In this document: positions 1 to 10,447 of the stretch, one piece after another
Layout: each line of letters opens with the position of its first letter
How positions within the stretch are numbered: position 1 is the stretch's first letter
Source: Spirochaetota bacterium
GTDB lineage: Bacteria; Spirochaetota; UBA12135; COTS27; CBDBHE01
DNA: 64,000 bases
Direction of reading: 5' to 3'
Assembly: GCA_965205605.1 (NCBI GenBank)
Contig: CBDBHE010000006.1
Span: forward strand, 224,001 to 288,000
Notes under the pieces: generated by a model
Database searches by the model: none
What the model saw: the letters and a program-made list of their open reading frames with translations, nothing else
Told to the model about the DNA's origin: nothing
Made by a program: the position numbers and the translations under genes

Positions 1-162
1 TATTCAGCAGCTCCTTTTTTTTTATCTTTACTTAAAGAAAAAATTAAAATTAAATATTTGCCTAATCTTAAATTTTTTTATGATGACGCAACTGATAAAG
101 GAAATAAAGTCCTTAACCTTATTGATGAACTAACCAAACAAAAATCTAAAGATATCAAGTGA
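1..162 (+). CDS. rbfA: Ribosome-binding factor A, C-terminal part (runs in from the left edge)
   Basis: Frame 1 reads YSAAPFFLSLLKEKIKIKYLPNLKFFYDDATDKGNKVLNLIDEL, fitting the RbfA KH-fold end (lr..P.L.F.yD.s...g). TGA at 160-162 overlaps the next GTG. Confidence 0.75.
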   Translation, partial: YSAAPFFLSLLKEKIKIKYLPNLKFFYDDATDKGNKVLNLIDELTKQKSKDIK

Positions 163-2282
163 AATCTTTTCTTCTTTTATTCCTATTTTTCTTTTCATTT
201 CAACTTTATTCTAAAAGTTATTTTTTTGACATTAAAAAAGAAAAGGCTCGGGAAGTCTTTAATCAAGGAATGGTTTATTATAATAATAGAAGTTATGAGC
301 TCGCTATTAATAAGTTTTTTGAATCTCTTGGTTTTGATAGTCGTAACAATCTTTTTCGTTATTATTTGGGGATGAGTTTTTATAAAGCTGGGTACACAAA
401 AAATGCCATTGAACAGTGGGAAAATATTATTAAATTAGGAGAACAAGATACATATCTTATAGAAAAAATTAATAATATCTTTTACTTAAAAGGGAATTTA
501 AATCAACCAAAAACACTTTATGAAAATTATGTTTTTTTAAGAAACATTCCAAAAGAAGATAGTAAAAATATTTTTAAAGATAATTTGCTTAAGATGCCAA
601 CGGGACTTTTTGTTGATAATAATAATGATGTTTTTGTCGTTGATTTTGTTAATAGTAGCTTTGTTGTTATTAATCCTAATGGTTATTTAGATCGTAAAAT
701 TTATTGGAAAGGTAAGCGGACTCTTAAGTTGCCTTTTCATAAAGAATCTATTAAGAATCCTTATGAAATCACTAAGGGAAAAGACGATCTTTTCTATATT
801 AGTGATTTTGGGAATAATCGAGTGGTTGCGATGAAGCCTTCTGGGAAAATCATCAAGACTTTTGGTAAAGAATTTGCTAATGAAAATGGATTTATTTTAG
901 GGCCCCAAGGGATTGCTTTTGATTCTAAAGACAATGTTTTTATTTCAGATACAGGCAATTGTTTAATTCATTATTATAATAGTAAGGGAGAACATTTGTA
1001 TTCTTTTTCTAAAAGAGGCAATGACGATGGGGAGCTTTTATTTCCATCGGGTATTGATTATGATCTTAACAAAGATTTACTTTATGTTTGTGATCGAGCA
1101 AATAATCGTATTAGTATTTTTTCTCCTTCAGGTAGTTTTATTAAAAATATAGGGAATGACTTTTTAAAACAACCTAGAAAAATCTTGCTTAGAAAAGATC
1201 ATCAAAATGTTATGAGTATTTTAGATGATAATAATGTTTATATTTATAATGAATCAACACAGAAGTATCAGTCTATTTTTCATAAAAATGAATTTACTAA
1301 ATTAAAAGATGATCAACATTTATCAATGGCTTATGACAAAATGGGGATCTTATATATAGGCAGTCGTCGAGACCATAAAATAAAAATTTATAGCCCAATG
1401 AAGCTTTTATATGTTAATTTGTTTGTTCAGCTTGAAAATGTTTATCTTAGAGAGTTTCCCAAAGTGGTTTTAACTGTTTCTGTTAAAAATAAAGAAGGTA
1501 AACCATTACCTAAATTAGATAATAGTAACTTTGAAATAAAAGAGAATGGGATTATTAAACCTTTTAGAATTAAGCCTAAAAAAAAAGAACATCATTATTT
1601 ACGACCTATTATTTTATTTGAAGCTTCTCAGGAAGCTAAAAAAAGAAAAGCTTTATCTAAAGCGATTTTACAAGATTTATTTGAATCGTTTGCTTTAGAA
1701 GATGAAACAAAGGTTTATCGTTATGGGGGGGGAATCCCTGGAAGATCGGGAACCTTTGAATTAGCAGATAATTATGATAATTCTATTTTAAAAAAAATTC
1801 ATCGTACACTTGGACAAAAATATTATTCAGATTTTTATGTTGGGACTGTTTTAAAAAAAGCTATCGGCGAAAACCTTAAGCTTAATTATAAAAAAGGAAT
1901 TATTATTGTTTGTTTTCAAGCGTATGATAATAAGCGTTTTTTCCCAGAAGACTTTGATGTTCTCATTGATTATGCAAGTCATAATAATATTCCTATTTAC
2001 GTTATTTATGCAGGGGAAGAGATTCGTAGGGAAGATGAATCTTTTTATTATCTAAATTATTTAACCAAATCAACTAAGGGAAAAATAGTTGTTTATAAAA
2101 ATAGAGAAAGTATTGAAAATCTTATAGAACATATGCGAAGTTACCAATCAAGTTTTTATGAGTTAGTTTATCTTTCTTTTAAAAATGATTTAAAAAAAAG
2201 TTACTACAGGCCTTTAGACATTATCGTCAAATATAAAGGAATGGTCGGTAAAGATAATAGAGGGGGGTACCCGATTCCTTAA
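159..2282 (+). CDS. Exported TPR + NHL beta-propeller + VWA-like protein, resembling the spirochaetal flagellar collar protein BB0236 (FlcD)/TP0421
   Basis: Signal peptide; N-terminal TPRs (YYLGMSFYKAG..NAIEQW); NHL repeats (GPQGIAFD..VFISDTGN, FPSGI..LYVCDRANNRI); FPKVVLTVSV..G.P...L...NF.I.E followed by a VWA-like region. Confidence 0.75.
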   Translation: MKSFLLLFLFFFSFQLYSKSYFFDIKKEKAREVFNQGMVYYNNRSYELAINKFFESLGFDSRNNLFRYYLGMSFYKAGYTKNAIEQWENIIKLGEQDTYLIEKINNIFYLKGNLNQPKTLYENYVFLRNIPKEDSKNIFKDNLLKMPTGLFVDNNNDVFVVDFVNSSFVVINPNGYLDRKIYWKGKRTLKLPFHKESIKNPYEITKGKDDLFYISDFGNNRVVAMKPSGKIIKTFGKEFANENGFILGPQGIAFDSKDNVFISDTGNCLIHYYNSKGEHLYSFSKRGNDDGELLFPSGIDYDLNKDLLYVCDRANNRISIFSPSGSFIKNIGNDFLKQPRKILLRKDHQNVMSILDDNNVYIYNESTQKYQSIFHKNEFTKLKDDQHLSMAYDKMGILYIGSRRDHKIKIYSPMKLLYVNLFVQLENVYLREFPKVVLTVSVKNKEGKPLPKLDNSNFEIKENGIIKPFRIKPKKKEHHYLRPIILFEASQEAKKRKALSKAILQDLFESFALEDETKVYRYGGGIPGRSGTFELADNYDNSILKKIHRTLGQKYYSDFYVGTVLKKAIGENLKLNYKKGIIIVCFQAYDNKRFFPEDFDVLIDYASHNNIPIYVIYAGEEIRREDESFYYLNYLTKSTKGKIVVYKNRESIENLIEHMRSYQSSFYELVYLSFKNDLKKSYYRPLDIIVKYKGMVGKDNRGGYPIP

Positions 2283-3385
2283 GTAATTTGTTGATTGCTG
2301 TAGGCTTCTTTAAGCTTTTTTGTCATCTTTTCTAAAGTAAATCGTTTTCCAATCGTTGTTGGTCCTTTTTCTTTTATTTTTTTCATTAATGTTTTGTTGT
2401 TCATCAATGTTTTGATTGCTTTTATAATGGATGAAGGATGGTTATTTTTTATTAAAAAAGCATTTTCTTGATGGGAGAGAAGTTCTTTTAAAGCTCCATA
2501 GGCAGTGGCAATAATTGCAGTTTTTTTAGAAAGAGCTTCAAGAGCTGTTAAACAAAAAGGTTCTTCCCACTTTTGGCTACTTGGAATCACTAGAATATCA
2601 AGTAATTGAAGATAGGCAAACTTTTCTTCAATAAAATCTAAATAATAAATTGTTTCTTTTGAAAAAGCAGAAATCATGTTTTTAATTTTCTTATCATAAG
2701 AAGAAATATCTGCTTTTCCTGCAATTAAAAATTGGATTTTTTTTGAGGAGTTTTTAAATAAAGTAGCTGTTTTAATAAAAGATTCAATTCCTTTTTCAGG
2801 GTGTATCCTTCCTAAGTAGCCAATTTTAAAACTGTTTTTAAGGATTAAAGGGTTTCGATTAAAGGCATTCACTTGTTTTTGATAAGATGATGGATCTTCT
2901 TTTGAAAGAGCGTTATAAATAACGATGATTTTTTTTGAAACTATTTTTTGTTTGATCATTTCTGCTTTTATAAATTTTGAAACGGCAATCCATTGATCAA
3001 CAAAAAAATTAGAAAAAAACCTTATTGAGTAATTTAGCTTGAAACTATTGTGTCTTGAAAAAATAAGCTTTATTTTTGGAAAAAATATTTTAAAAAAAAA
3101 ACCATAAGGATAATCTTTGGCAGTGTGAATGTGTAAAATAGGTTGTTTTATTTTTTTAATGAGATTAATTAATTTAAACAAGGTATAAAAATCAATGGGT
3201 TGTTTAAAAGGAAATGAATAAAACAAAAGGTTTTTTTTTTTTAATTTGAAGTAAATATCACTTTTAGATTTAACAATAGGAATTATTTTGAAATTTTTAG
3301 TGTTTGGAATGTTTAAAGAATCTATTAAAACCTGGTCTACTCCACACCATTTTTTACTACTGTTGATCATGAGAATAGTAATCAT
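2279..3385 (-). CDS. Glycosyltransferase family 4 (GT-B)
   Basis: GYLGRIHPEKG and EEPFCLTALEAL motifs. Start moved to ATG 3385 (MITILMIN) to avoid overlap with der. Confidence 0.85.
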   Translation of the reverse strand: MITILMINSSKKWCGVDQVLIDSLNIPNTKNFKIIPIVKSKSDIYFKLKKKNLLFYSFPFKQPIDFYTLFKLINLIKKIKQPILHIHTAKDYPYGFFFKIFFPKIKLIFSRHNSFKLNYSIRFFSNFFVDQWIAVSKFIKAEMIKQKIVSKKIIVIYNALSKEDPSSYQKQVNAFNRNPLILKNSFKIGYLGRIHPEKGIESFIKTATLFKNSSKKIQFLIAGKADISSYDKKIKNMISAFSKETIYYLDFIEEKFAYLQLLDILVIPSSQKWEEPFCLTALEALSKKTAIIATAYGALKELLSHQENAFLIKNNHPSSIIKAIKTLMNNKTLMKKIKEKGPTTIGKRFTLEKMTKKLKEAYSNQQIT

Positions 3386-3485
3386 TTTATGATTGTATTC
3401 TTTTAATTCTTTTTTTAAAATAGTATAATAGATTTTTTTAAAATCCAATAATATTTTTAATATAGATAAAAGTTTATTTTTTGTT

Positions 3486-4817
3486 TTGGTAGTTAGTGTG
3501 CAAAAAGCAATTCTTTTAGGCAAAACAAATGTTGGTAAATCAACCCTTTTTAACCTTTTAACAAATAAAAAAGAAGCAATTATTTCACAAAAACAACATA
3601 CTACACGTGATTTAAAAGAAGGGTTTGTTAGAAGAGATTCTAAACCTTATGTTCTTGTTGATAGCAGTGGGTTTGATGAAAGTGAAGAGCTTTTGGGAGT
3701 AGCGAGTAAGAAGGTCATTGATTATATTAAAGAATGTGATCTTGTTATTTTTCTCGTTGATATCAAATCAATTACAGATGAAGACATTGCATTGGCTAAA
3801 CTTGTTAGAAAAAAACATTCTAATATTCTTTTTTGTGCTAATAAAGTGGATCATGATTTAGAAAATGAAACTCTTTTAAAAAGAGCTTTTCTTTTAAAAT
3901 TAGGTGCTCCTCATTTTGTTTCTTGTCTTTCTTTTAGAGGTTTAGAAGAGCTTCATCAGAGGATATTTGTTGCTTTAAAAACAAATCAAGATTCAATTTT
4001 AAAATCAAAAAATCATTATTTTTTTCAAAATAATGATATAACGATTGTAATTGTTGGTAGGCCTAATGTTGGAAAATCTTCTTTAATGAATGCTTTATTA
4101 AAAAAAGAGCATGCCTTGACTTCTGCTTTAAGTGGCACGACAAGAGATACGGTGATTCGTTTTTTTCGATATCAAAATAAAAAGATTCGTTTAATGGACA
4201 CTTCGGGAATGAGAAGACGAAGTCGAAAAAAGGAAGAATTAGAAATTTTTTCTCTTCAAAAAACAATTGACTCTATTAATAAAAGTGATTTTGCTATATT
4301 GGTGATAGAGCCTTTAGAAGGCATTACAGACCAAGATAAAAAGATTGCTTCTGTTTTAAGGAGTCGTCATAAACCTTTTTTTATTGTTGTTAATAAGTGG
4401 GATTTAGCTCAAGAGACAACTTGGAAAAAGTTTGAAGACAGGGTTCGTTTTCGATTTCCACATATTCATCAAGTCCCTATTATGAAAGCTTCTTGTTTGG
4501 ATCAAAAGAATGTTCATTTAATCTTTAAAAAATGTTTAACTCTTTTTAAAGAAAAAGGGAAAGTACTTAAAACGAGTCAAATAAATCAAATGTTACAAAA
4601 AGCAGTTGAACATAACCCAAGCACAAAAAGTAAAAAAAAAGGATTAAAGATTTATTATGGGCTTCAAATTGAAAAAGACCCTTTAATAATACGGGTTTAT
4701 ATTAATTACAAAAAATTTTTAACAGCAGAGTATATAAAATATTTAAAAAATTCTTTAATGAAAGAAGCTGGTTTTAAAGCATCTGAAATTGAGTTTGAGT
4801 TTATGGAGAAAAAATGA
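3486..4817 (+). CDS. der: Ribosome biogenesis GTPase Der (EngA)
   Basis: Two tandem G domains (GKTNVGKS..TTRD..NKVD; GRPNVGKSS..GTTRD..NKWD); canonical der-plsY-gpsA order. Confidence 0.95.
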   Translation: MVVSVQKAILLGKTNVGKSTLFNLLTNKKEAIISQKQHTTRDLKEGFVRRDSKPYVLVDSSGFDESEELLGVASKKVIDYIKECDLVIFLVDIKSITDEDIALAKLVRKKHSNILFCANKVDHDLENETLLKRAFLLKLGAPHFVSCLSFRGLEELHQRIFVALKTNQDSILKSKNHYFFQNNDITIVIVGRPNVGKSSLMNALLKKEHALTSALSGTTRDTVIRFFRYQNKKIRLMDTSGMRRRSRKKEELEIFSLQKTIDSINKSDFAILVIEPLEGITDQDKKIASVLRSRHKPFFIVVNKWDLAQETTWKKFEDRVRFRFPHIHQVPIMKASCLDQKNVHLIFKKCLTLFKEKGKVLKTSQINQMLQKAVEHNPSTKSKKKGLKIYYGLQIEKDPLIIRVYINYKKFLTAEYIKYLKNSLMKEAGFKASEIEFEFMEKK

Positions 4818-5491
4818 GTTTAATTTTATTAATAATAAGTTATTTAATCGCTTATTTAATAGGAGCGATTCCGTTTTCGTTTATGATATCCAAATTTTTT
4901 TATGGAATAGATATTAGAAAAATGGGAAGTGGTAATGTGGGGGCGACTAATGTGATTCGTTTTTGTGGCAAGAAAGCAGGAGCTTGGGCGTATTTTTTAG
5001 ATATTTCAAAAGGAATTGTGGCAGCTTATGTGTTGAGTTTATTTTCTCAAGTTTTTTTTTTAGATAGAGAAATCCAAAGTTGGATAATCCTTACTGCTTA
5101 TTTTTTCCCTATTATAGGTCATATGTACCCGGTCTTTTTAAGATTTAAAGGGGGAAAAGGGGTCGCTGTTTCAGTGGGAATTTTTTTATATTTATTACCA
5201 ATTGCGACTTTAAGTGCGATTATTATTTTTTTATTTCTTTTTTTTATCACTAAAATTATTTCACTTTGTTCAATTGTTGCTGCTTTTTTATTTCCTTTTT
5301 TTGTTTACTTTTATCAAAAAAACAAATTAGGTTTTGTTTTAGATTATCAAAGTTTTTTGGAAAAAAATTCTAATTTTCTTTTTTTAGTGTCTATTATTAT
5401 AGCTTGTTTTATTATTGTTAAACATCGTGGTAATATTAAAAGACTGTTAAAAGGCAAAGAATATTCTTTTAAAAATAATAATAATTTATAA
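4814..5491 (+). CDS. plsY: Glycerol-3-phosphate acyltransferase PlsY
   Basis: DIRKMGSGNVGATN, GHMYPVFLRFKGGKGVA, KHRGNIKRL. Confidence 0.97.
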   Translation: MSLILLIISYLIAYLIGAIPFSFMISKFFYGIDIRKMGSGNVGATNVIRFCGKKAGAWAYFLDISKGIVAAYVLSLFSQVFFLDREIQSWIILTAYFFPIIGHMYPVFLRFKGGKGVAVSVGIFLYLLPIATLSAIIIFLFLFFITKIISLCSIVAAFLFPFFVYFYQKNKLGFVLDYQSFLEKNSNFLFLVSIIIACFIIVKHRGNIKRLLKGKEYSFKNNNNL

Positions 5492-5500
5492 TTTTATTAA

Positions 5501-6499
5501 ATGAAACCAAATGTAATTAGTGTTATTGGAAGTGGTAGTTGGGGTACTGCTTTAGCCGTTGCTTTAAGTGAAAATCACAAGGTTTTACTTTGGTCTAGAG
5601 AAGAGAAGAAAGCTAAAGTGATAGAAGAAGCTAATGAAAATAAAAATTATCTTCCTGGCATTTCTTTGGATAAAATTGAAATTACTTGTGATTTAAAAAA
5701 AGCAGTTGAAGAAAGTCTTTTTTTGGTGATTGCGGTGCCTCTTAAATATGTAAGAGAAATTTTGAAAAAAATTAAAAAATTGACTTCAAAAGCTCATATT
5801 TTAATTAGTGTGATTAAGGGCATTGAGCAAGATACTTTTCAGTTTGCTTCTGAAGTTATCGATAAAGTCGTTCCTATTAAAAAATCTATTGTGGTTCTTT
5901 CAGGGCCCTCACATGCAGAAGAACTTGCAAAAAAAATGCCTACAATTGTTGTTGCTTCTGGAAACAATCAAAAAGATACAGAGCTTATTCAAAAACTTTT
6001 CACTACAAATTATTTACGAATTTATACCAATATGGATACAGTCGGTGTTGAAATAGGGGGGGCTTTGAAAAATGTTATTTCAATTGCATCAGGGATTGCC
6101 ACTGGTTTAGGGTTTGGTATTAATACGACTTCTGCTATTATTACAAGGGGTTGTGTGGAAATATGTCGTTTAGGTTTACATTTAGGAGCAAAGGAAAAAA
6201 CTTTTTTTGGACTTACAGGGGTAGGTGACTTGATAGCTACTTGTCATTCTCGTTACTCTAGAAATAATTTTGTTGGTAGAGAAATCGCAACAGGAAAGAC
6301 AATTAGTACAATAGAAGGGTCTATGAAAATGGTAGCAGAAGGAGTGGGGACAACTAAAGCGGTTTTTAATTATATTTCTAAATATCAAATTGATATGCCT
6401 ATTACAGAATGTGTTTATAAAATTCTTTTTGAAAATTTAAATACTAGACAAGCCTTTAACGAAATTATGAGCCGCTTACCTAAAGAAGAATTTGATTGA
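5501..6499 (+). CDS. gpsA: NAD(P)H-dependent glycerol-3-phosphate dehydrogenase
   Basis: GSGSWGTALA, SGPSHAEE, GGALKNV, GVGDLIATC, SRN. Confidence 0.97.
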   Translation: MKPNVISVIGSGSWGTALAVALSENHKVLLWSREEKKAKVIEEANENKNYLPGISLDKIEITCDLKKAVEESLFLVIAVPLKYVREILKKIKKLTSKAHILISVIKGIEQDTFQFASEVIDKVVPIKKSIVVLSGPSHAEELAKKMPTIVVASGNNQKDTELIQKLFTTNYLRIYTNMDTVGVEIGGALKNVISIASGIATGLGFGINTTSAIITRGCVEICRLGLHLGAKEKTFFGLTGVGDLIATCHSRYSRNNFVGREIATGKTISTIEGSMKMVAEGVGTTKAVFNYISKYQIDMPITECVYKILFENLNTRQAFNEIMSRLPKEEFD

Positions 6500-6506
6500 A
6501 ATATTT

Positions 6507-8027
6507 TTATTTTTTCCAAAAAGCAGGGTGAAAGATAGCTAAAAAGGTAAAAAACTCTAGTCTTCCCATAATCATTAAAAAAGAACATAAAATTTTCGAA
6601 CTCGATTTTAGTTGAAAAAAATTGTCTGTTGGTCCAAACTGATTTAAAGCAGGCCCTACGTTTGAAACAAAAGAAGTCACTGCTGAAAAACATGATAAAA
6701 AATCTATTTGATTTTGATGATATTCAATATTAAATAAAATTAATGTCCCTATGCCAATTGTAAGAATATACACAAAACAAAAAATAAAAACTCTTTGAAT
6801 AAAACTTTCAGAAATAAGATGACCACTAATTTTTGTAGCAGTTATTAAATCTTGTATTAAAAGCCTTTTTATTTCTGAAGACACAGAACGATAGGCTGTA
6901 ATAACTCTATAGAGTTTAATCCCTCCAGAAGTAGACCCAGAGCAACCTCCTATAAACATTAAAACAAGAATAATTGATTGTATCATCATTGGAAAAATTT
7001 CATAATCTGAATTAATAAAGCCTGTTGTTGTAATAATAGAAGTAACTGTAAAAAAAGAGTTTCTTAAATTTTTTTCAATGCTTGAGGAATCACTAATAAA
7101 TAAAATAAGAAATACAAATAAACTCATTGTAATAATAACGATTAAATAGCTTCTTAGTTCTGTGTTTTTAATAAGAACCTTTAGGTTTTCTTTTAATTTC
7201 CTTTTCATATAAAAAGTAGAAAGGTATAATCCAAAGTTAATTCCCCCCATAATCATAAACAAAGAAACCACCCATTGTATTTCTTTAGAATACCCCATGA
7301 AACTATTATTTTTAGTTGAAAAACCACCTGTTGAAATAGAAGTGAGCGCATGACAAATCGCATCAAAAAGAGGCATTTTCATTAAAACAAGAATAATAAA
7401 AAAAATAACGGTTAAAACAAAATAAATAATCCATAGCTTTCTCCCTGTATCTCTAATATGAGGCGTCATACTTTCTTTTGAAGCTCCTGGTGCTTCAGAA
7501 CGATAAAGGTTTCTTCCAGCTAGTCCTAATGTGGGAATAATCGAAATAAAAAAAACAATAATTCCCATTCCCCCTATCCATTGTGTTAATGATCGCCAAA
7601 ATAAAAGTGTTTTTGGTAAGCTTTCAACATCGGTAAAGATGGTTGCTCCTGTTGTTGAAAATCCAGATGCTGATTCAAAAATAGCATTTACAAAAGAAAT
7701 TGTTTCTAAAGCATACGCCCAATAAGGAATGCTTCCTATAAAAATCATTGAAAGCCAACCAATACACACAACACTTAAAGCTTCTTTAGGGGTACTTTTT
7801 TCAAACGTGCTTGTTTTAATGAGAATCATTAAAATAGATAAAAAAAGAAAACCAATAGTAAAGATACTGGCAGCATAAATCTTTGTTTTACTATAAAAGT
7901 AAAATAAATCTTTATCTAAATGATTATGAGTAGATAAAAAATAAATAATAAGAATAAATCCTATTAAAATCAAGCTTAAAACAAACCATAAATAGCCTGT
8001 CATTTTTAAAACTACTTTGTAGTGCAT
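6507..8027 (-). CDS. trkH: Trk potassium uptake membrane protein
   Basis: Four pore-loop motifs: FSTTGAT, ISTGGFS, ITTTGF, SNVGP; GGCSGSTSGGIK; GRLE. Confidence 0.95.
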   Translation of the reverse strand: MHYKVVLKMTGYLWFVLSLILIGFILIIYFLSTHNHLDKDLFYFYSKTKIYAASIFTIGFLFLSILMILIKTSTFEKSTPKEALSVVCIGWLSMIFIGSIPYWAYALETISFVNAIFESASGFSTTGATIFTDVESLPKTLLFWRSLTQWIGGMGIIVFFISIIPTLGLAGRNLYRSEAPGASKESMTPHIRDTGRKLWIIYFVLTVIFFIILVLMKMPLFDAICHALTSISTGGFSTKNNSFMGYSKEIQWVVSLFMIMGGINFGLYLSTFYMKRKLKENLKVLIKNTELRSYLIVIITMSLFVFLILFISDSSSIEKNLRNSFFTVTSIITTTGFINSDYEIFPMMIQSIILVLMFIGGCSGSTSGGIKLYRVITAYRSVSSEIKRLLIQDLITATKISGHLISESFIQRVFIFCFVYILTIGIGTLILFNIEYHQNQIDFLSCFSAVTSFVSNVGPALNQFGPTDNFFQLKSSSKILCSFLMIMGRLEFFTFLAIFHPAFWKK

Positions 8028-8036
8028 ATGGGTAAG

Positions 8037-9404
8037 TTATAGTTTAATAATTTTTTTTAAAGCTTTTGAGTTTCCTTCTAAAGAGATGACAAGAATTCGG
8101 TCTTTTTCTTTAATTTCTATTTTTTTTTCTTCAGAATTGAGAAGAATACTGCTATTTCTCCAAATAGCAATTACTTCAATATCAGGGCTAATGTTATGAA
8201 AGACAGCATTGGCATCTTGATTAATAAGAGGTGAGCTGTGATCAATAAATTTATTAATGGCTCTTATGTTGGTTCCAGGGATAAACTCAGAATCTTCTTT
8301 TAAATTTAAATTAAAATATCTAGACAATTCGATAGCGACTAATTCATTTGGCATAATGACTTCGATGTTCATGCGTTTAAAAATAAAGTATTTGTCGGTG
8401 TGAGAAAGGACGGAAATAATATTAGGGATTTCTAGTTCTTGTGCATTAAGAGCTGAAATTAAGTTTTCAGCATCATCTTTACTACCACAAATAAAAGTTT
8501 TACAATTCTCTATATTTTGATTTCTTAAATTTTCAATATCTGTAAAATCACAGTGAATAACGGTGCCTCTAAATTTAGCTTGAAGTTTTTCACAAACTAC
8601 TCTACTTTTTTCAAAAATAGTTATTCTATGATGAAGCTCAGTGGTACGAGAAATCATTGAAATAATGACTCTATTGACACCAGCGATATAAATAGTGTGT
8701 CGATGATTGTAATGTTTTTGTTTTTTATTTTCTATTTTTCAGAAAATAATTTTAAGAGTACCTTCTCTTGAAGAACATATGATTGCTTTTTCTCCAGAAA
8801 GTAAGATGTGATTTGGGTTATTTTTAACCAATCCTTCTCTAGTGGAATAAGCAATGATTTTGGTTTTTGGAGGAATTTTAATTTTTTTTAAAGGCTTTTT
8901 ATACCAATTAGATTGCTTTAAAGGGGAGATTTGAGCAACATTTAATCTTCCTGAAAAATAATTTTCAATTTCTCGATAGGTATCACTTTGAATCCAATAA
9001 ATTAATTTTGAAGCAGAGAGCTTGTTAGGAGAAATAAGCCAGTCAATTCCGAGATGAGATTGGAGTTCTAAAATATCTTCTGGAAAAATTTCATCTGAAA
9101 TTAATTTTGAAACACAATATTTAGCTCCGATTCTTTTTGCTAATTGACACGATAAAATGTTAACGCTATCAGACATTGTCGTAGCAATAAAAATATCGCA
9201 AGTTGTTACATTAGAGCTTCTTAAAACATAATGCGAAAGACAATCTCCTTGAATCGACAAAACATCAAAGTGTTCTTTAAAATATTGTATTTTTTCTTCA
9301 TCTGTATCGATGACAGTAATATTGACATTTTGTTTTGAAAGAACTTCAACTAAAAATTGACCCGTAGTTCCAGCTCCAGCAATGACGATTTCAAAATGTG
9401 ACAT
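8037..9404 (-). pseudogene. trkA: TrkA (double RCK) interrupted by one in-frame TGA at 8739-8741
   Basis: ORFs 8739..9404 and 8037..8657 are in the same frame. Read-through gives TLKIIF*KIENKKQKHYNHRHTIYIAGVNRVIISMISR. GAGTTG Rossmann motif in the first half. Confidence 0.8.
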
Positions 9405-9413
9405 TTATTTATC

Positions 9414-9955
9414 TTATAACAAAACCACCTCTAATTTTGAGTCATATTCATCTTTTAAAATACTTTGAATCGCCATTAAAGTCCCTCCCACTGCACTAGG
9501 GCAAGTCCCACAGGCTCCTTCATAGTGTACTGTTAAAACATGATCTTCTAAACTAACGACTTCAATATCTCCCCCATCTCCTTGAAGTCCGGGTCTAACG
9601 GTATGGTCTAAAATTTCATCAATTTTTTGAAGTTCTGGAGATAAAGATTTTTTGAATGTTTGATTAGAAGTCATTTTAAAATTAGGATCGTGTTCACTGC
9701 CTTTTTCTAAGATAAAGTTTTTAATCATAATTTCTAAATCATCCCAAGGAGTTTCTTCTGATTTGGTGACAGTGATCGTATTTTGAAAAAATAAAGTTGA
9801 TGGACTCCTTCTAAATCAAAAAGACAGCTCGCTAAAGGGACATGTAAGCACTCTTCTTTAGTAGTGATGGTAATCTTGCCATCTATGAGCAAATCTTTAT
9901 CTACAATAAATTTTAAAGCATTGGGGTTAGGGGTTTGTTGGGTAATAACTTTCAT
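9414..9955 (-). pseudogene. Nfu/NifU-family Fe-S carrier (Nfu_N + NifU C-terminal), split by a 1-nt deletion
   Basis: TPNPNALKF, then VRPGLQGDGGD and GACGTC. Adding one base to the A6 run at 9786-9791 gives YFFQNTITVTKSEETPWDDLEIMIK and joins the two ORFs. Confidence 0.8.
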
Positions 9956-9979
9956 TAATTTAATTCCTAAGTTTAATTC

Positions 9980-10441
9980 TTAATAATTATTTTCTGTTGA
10001 AATATTTTTTTGTTTTTTTTCAATGGCACTTTTAAGAGTATACCAAGGTAGTATAGCACATTTAACTCTTGAGGGGTATTGGCAAATACCAGAAAAAATA
10101 CAGAGCTTTTCTAAATGATTTTTTTCTTGATTTTCTTTTAATTCTCCTTTAATAAGAGCTTTAAAAATACTAAAGAGTTTATAAAAATCTTTAGTATTCA
10201 TTCCTTTGACTCTTTGGCTCATTAAAGAAGCCGATGCTTTTGAAATAGCGCAACCATTGGATTGATAAGCGATATTTTCAATTGAGTCTTCGTTTTTTAT
10301 TTTAAGAGTAATAAAAATGGTGTCACCACATAGAGGATTATTACCTTCTGCTTGGTGGGAGGGATTTTGGAGGAGACCGGTATTTCTTGGATTTTTATTA
10401 TGATCTAAAATCGTTTGTTGATAAAGTTCGTTTGAGTTCAT
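9980..10441 (-). CDS. sufU: SUF system sulfur-transfer/scaffold protein SufU
   Basis: NPLCGD, GCAISKASAS, RVKCA; directly after sufS. Confidence 0.93.
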   Translation of the reverse strand: MNSNELYQQTILDHNKNPRNTGLLQNPSHQAEGNNPLCGDTIFITLKIKNEDSIENIAYQSNGCAISKASASLMSQRVKGMNTKDFYKLFSIFKALIKGELKENQEKNHLEKLCIFSGICQYPSRVKCAILPWYTLKSAIEKKQKNISTENNY

Positions 10442-10447
10442 TTTATT

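Noticed and set aside
3386-3523. N-terminal extension of the glycosyltransferase ORF
   Set aside because: Overlaps the divergent der start; the GT4 fold begins at ATG 3385.
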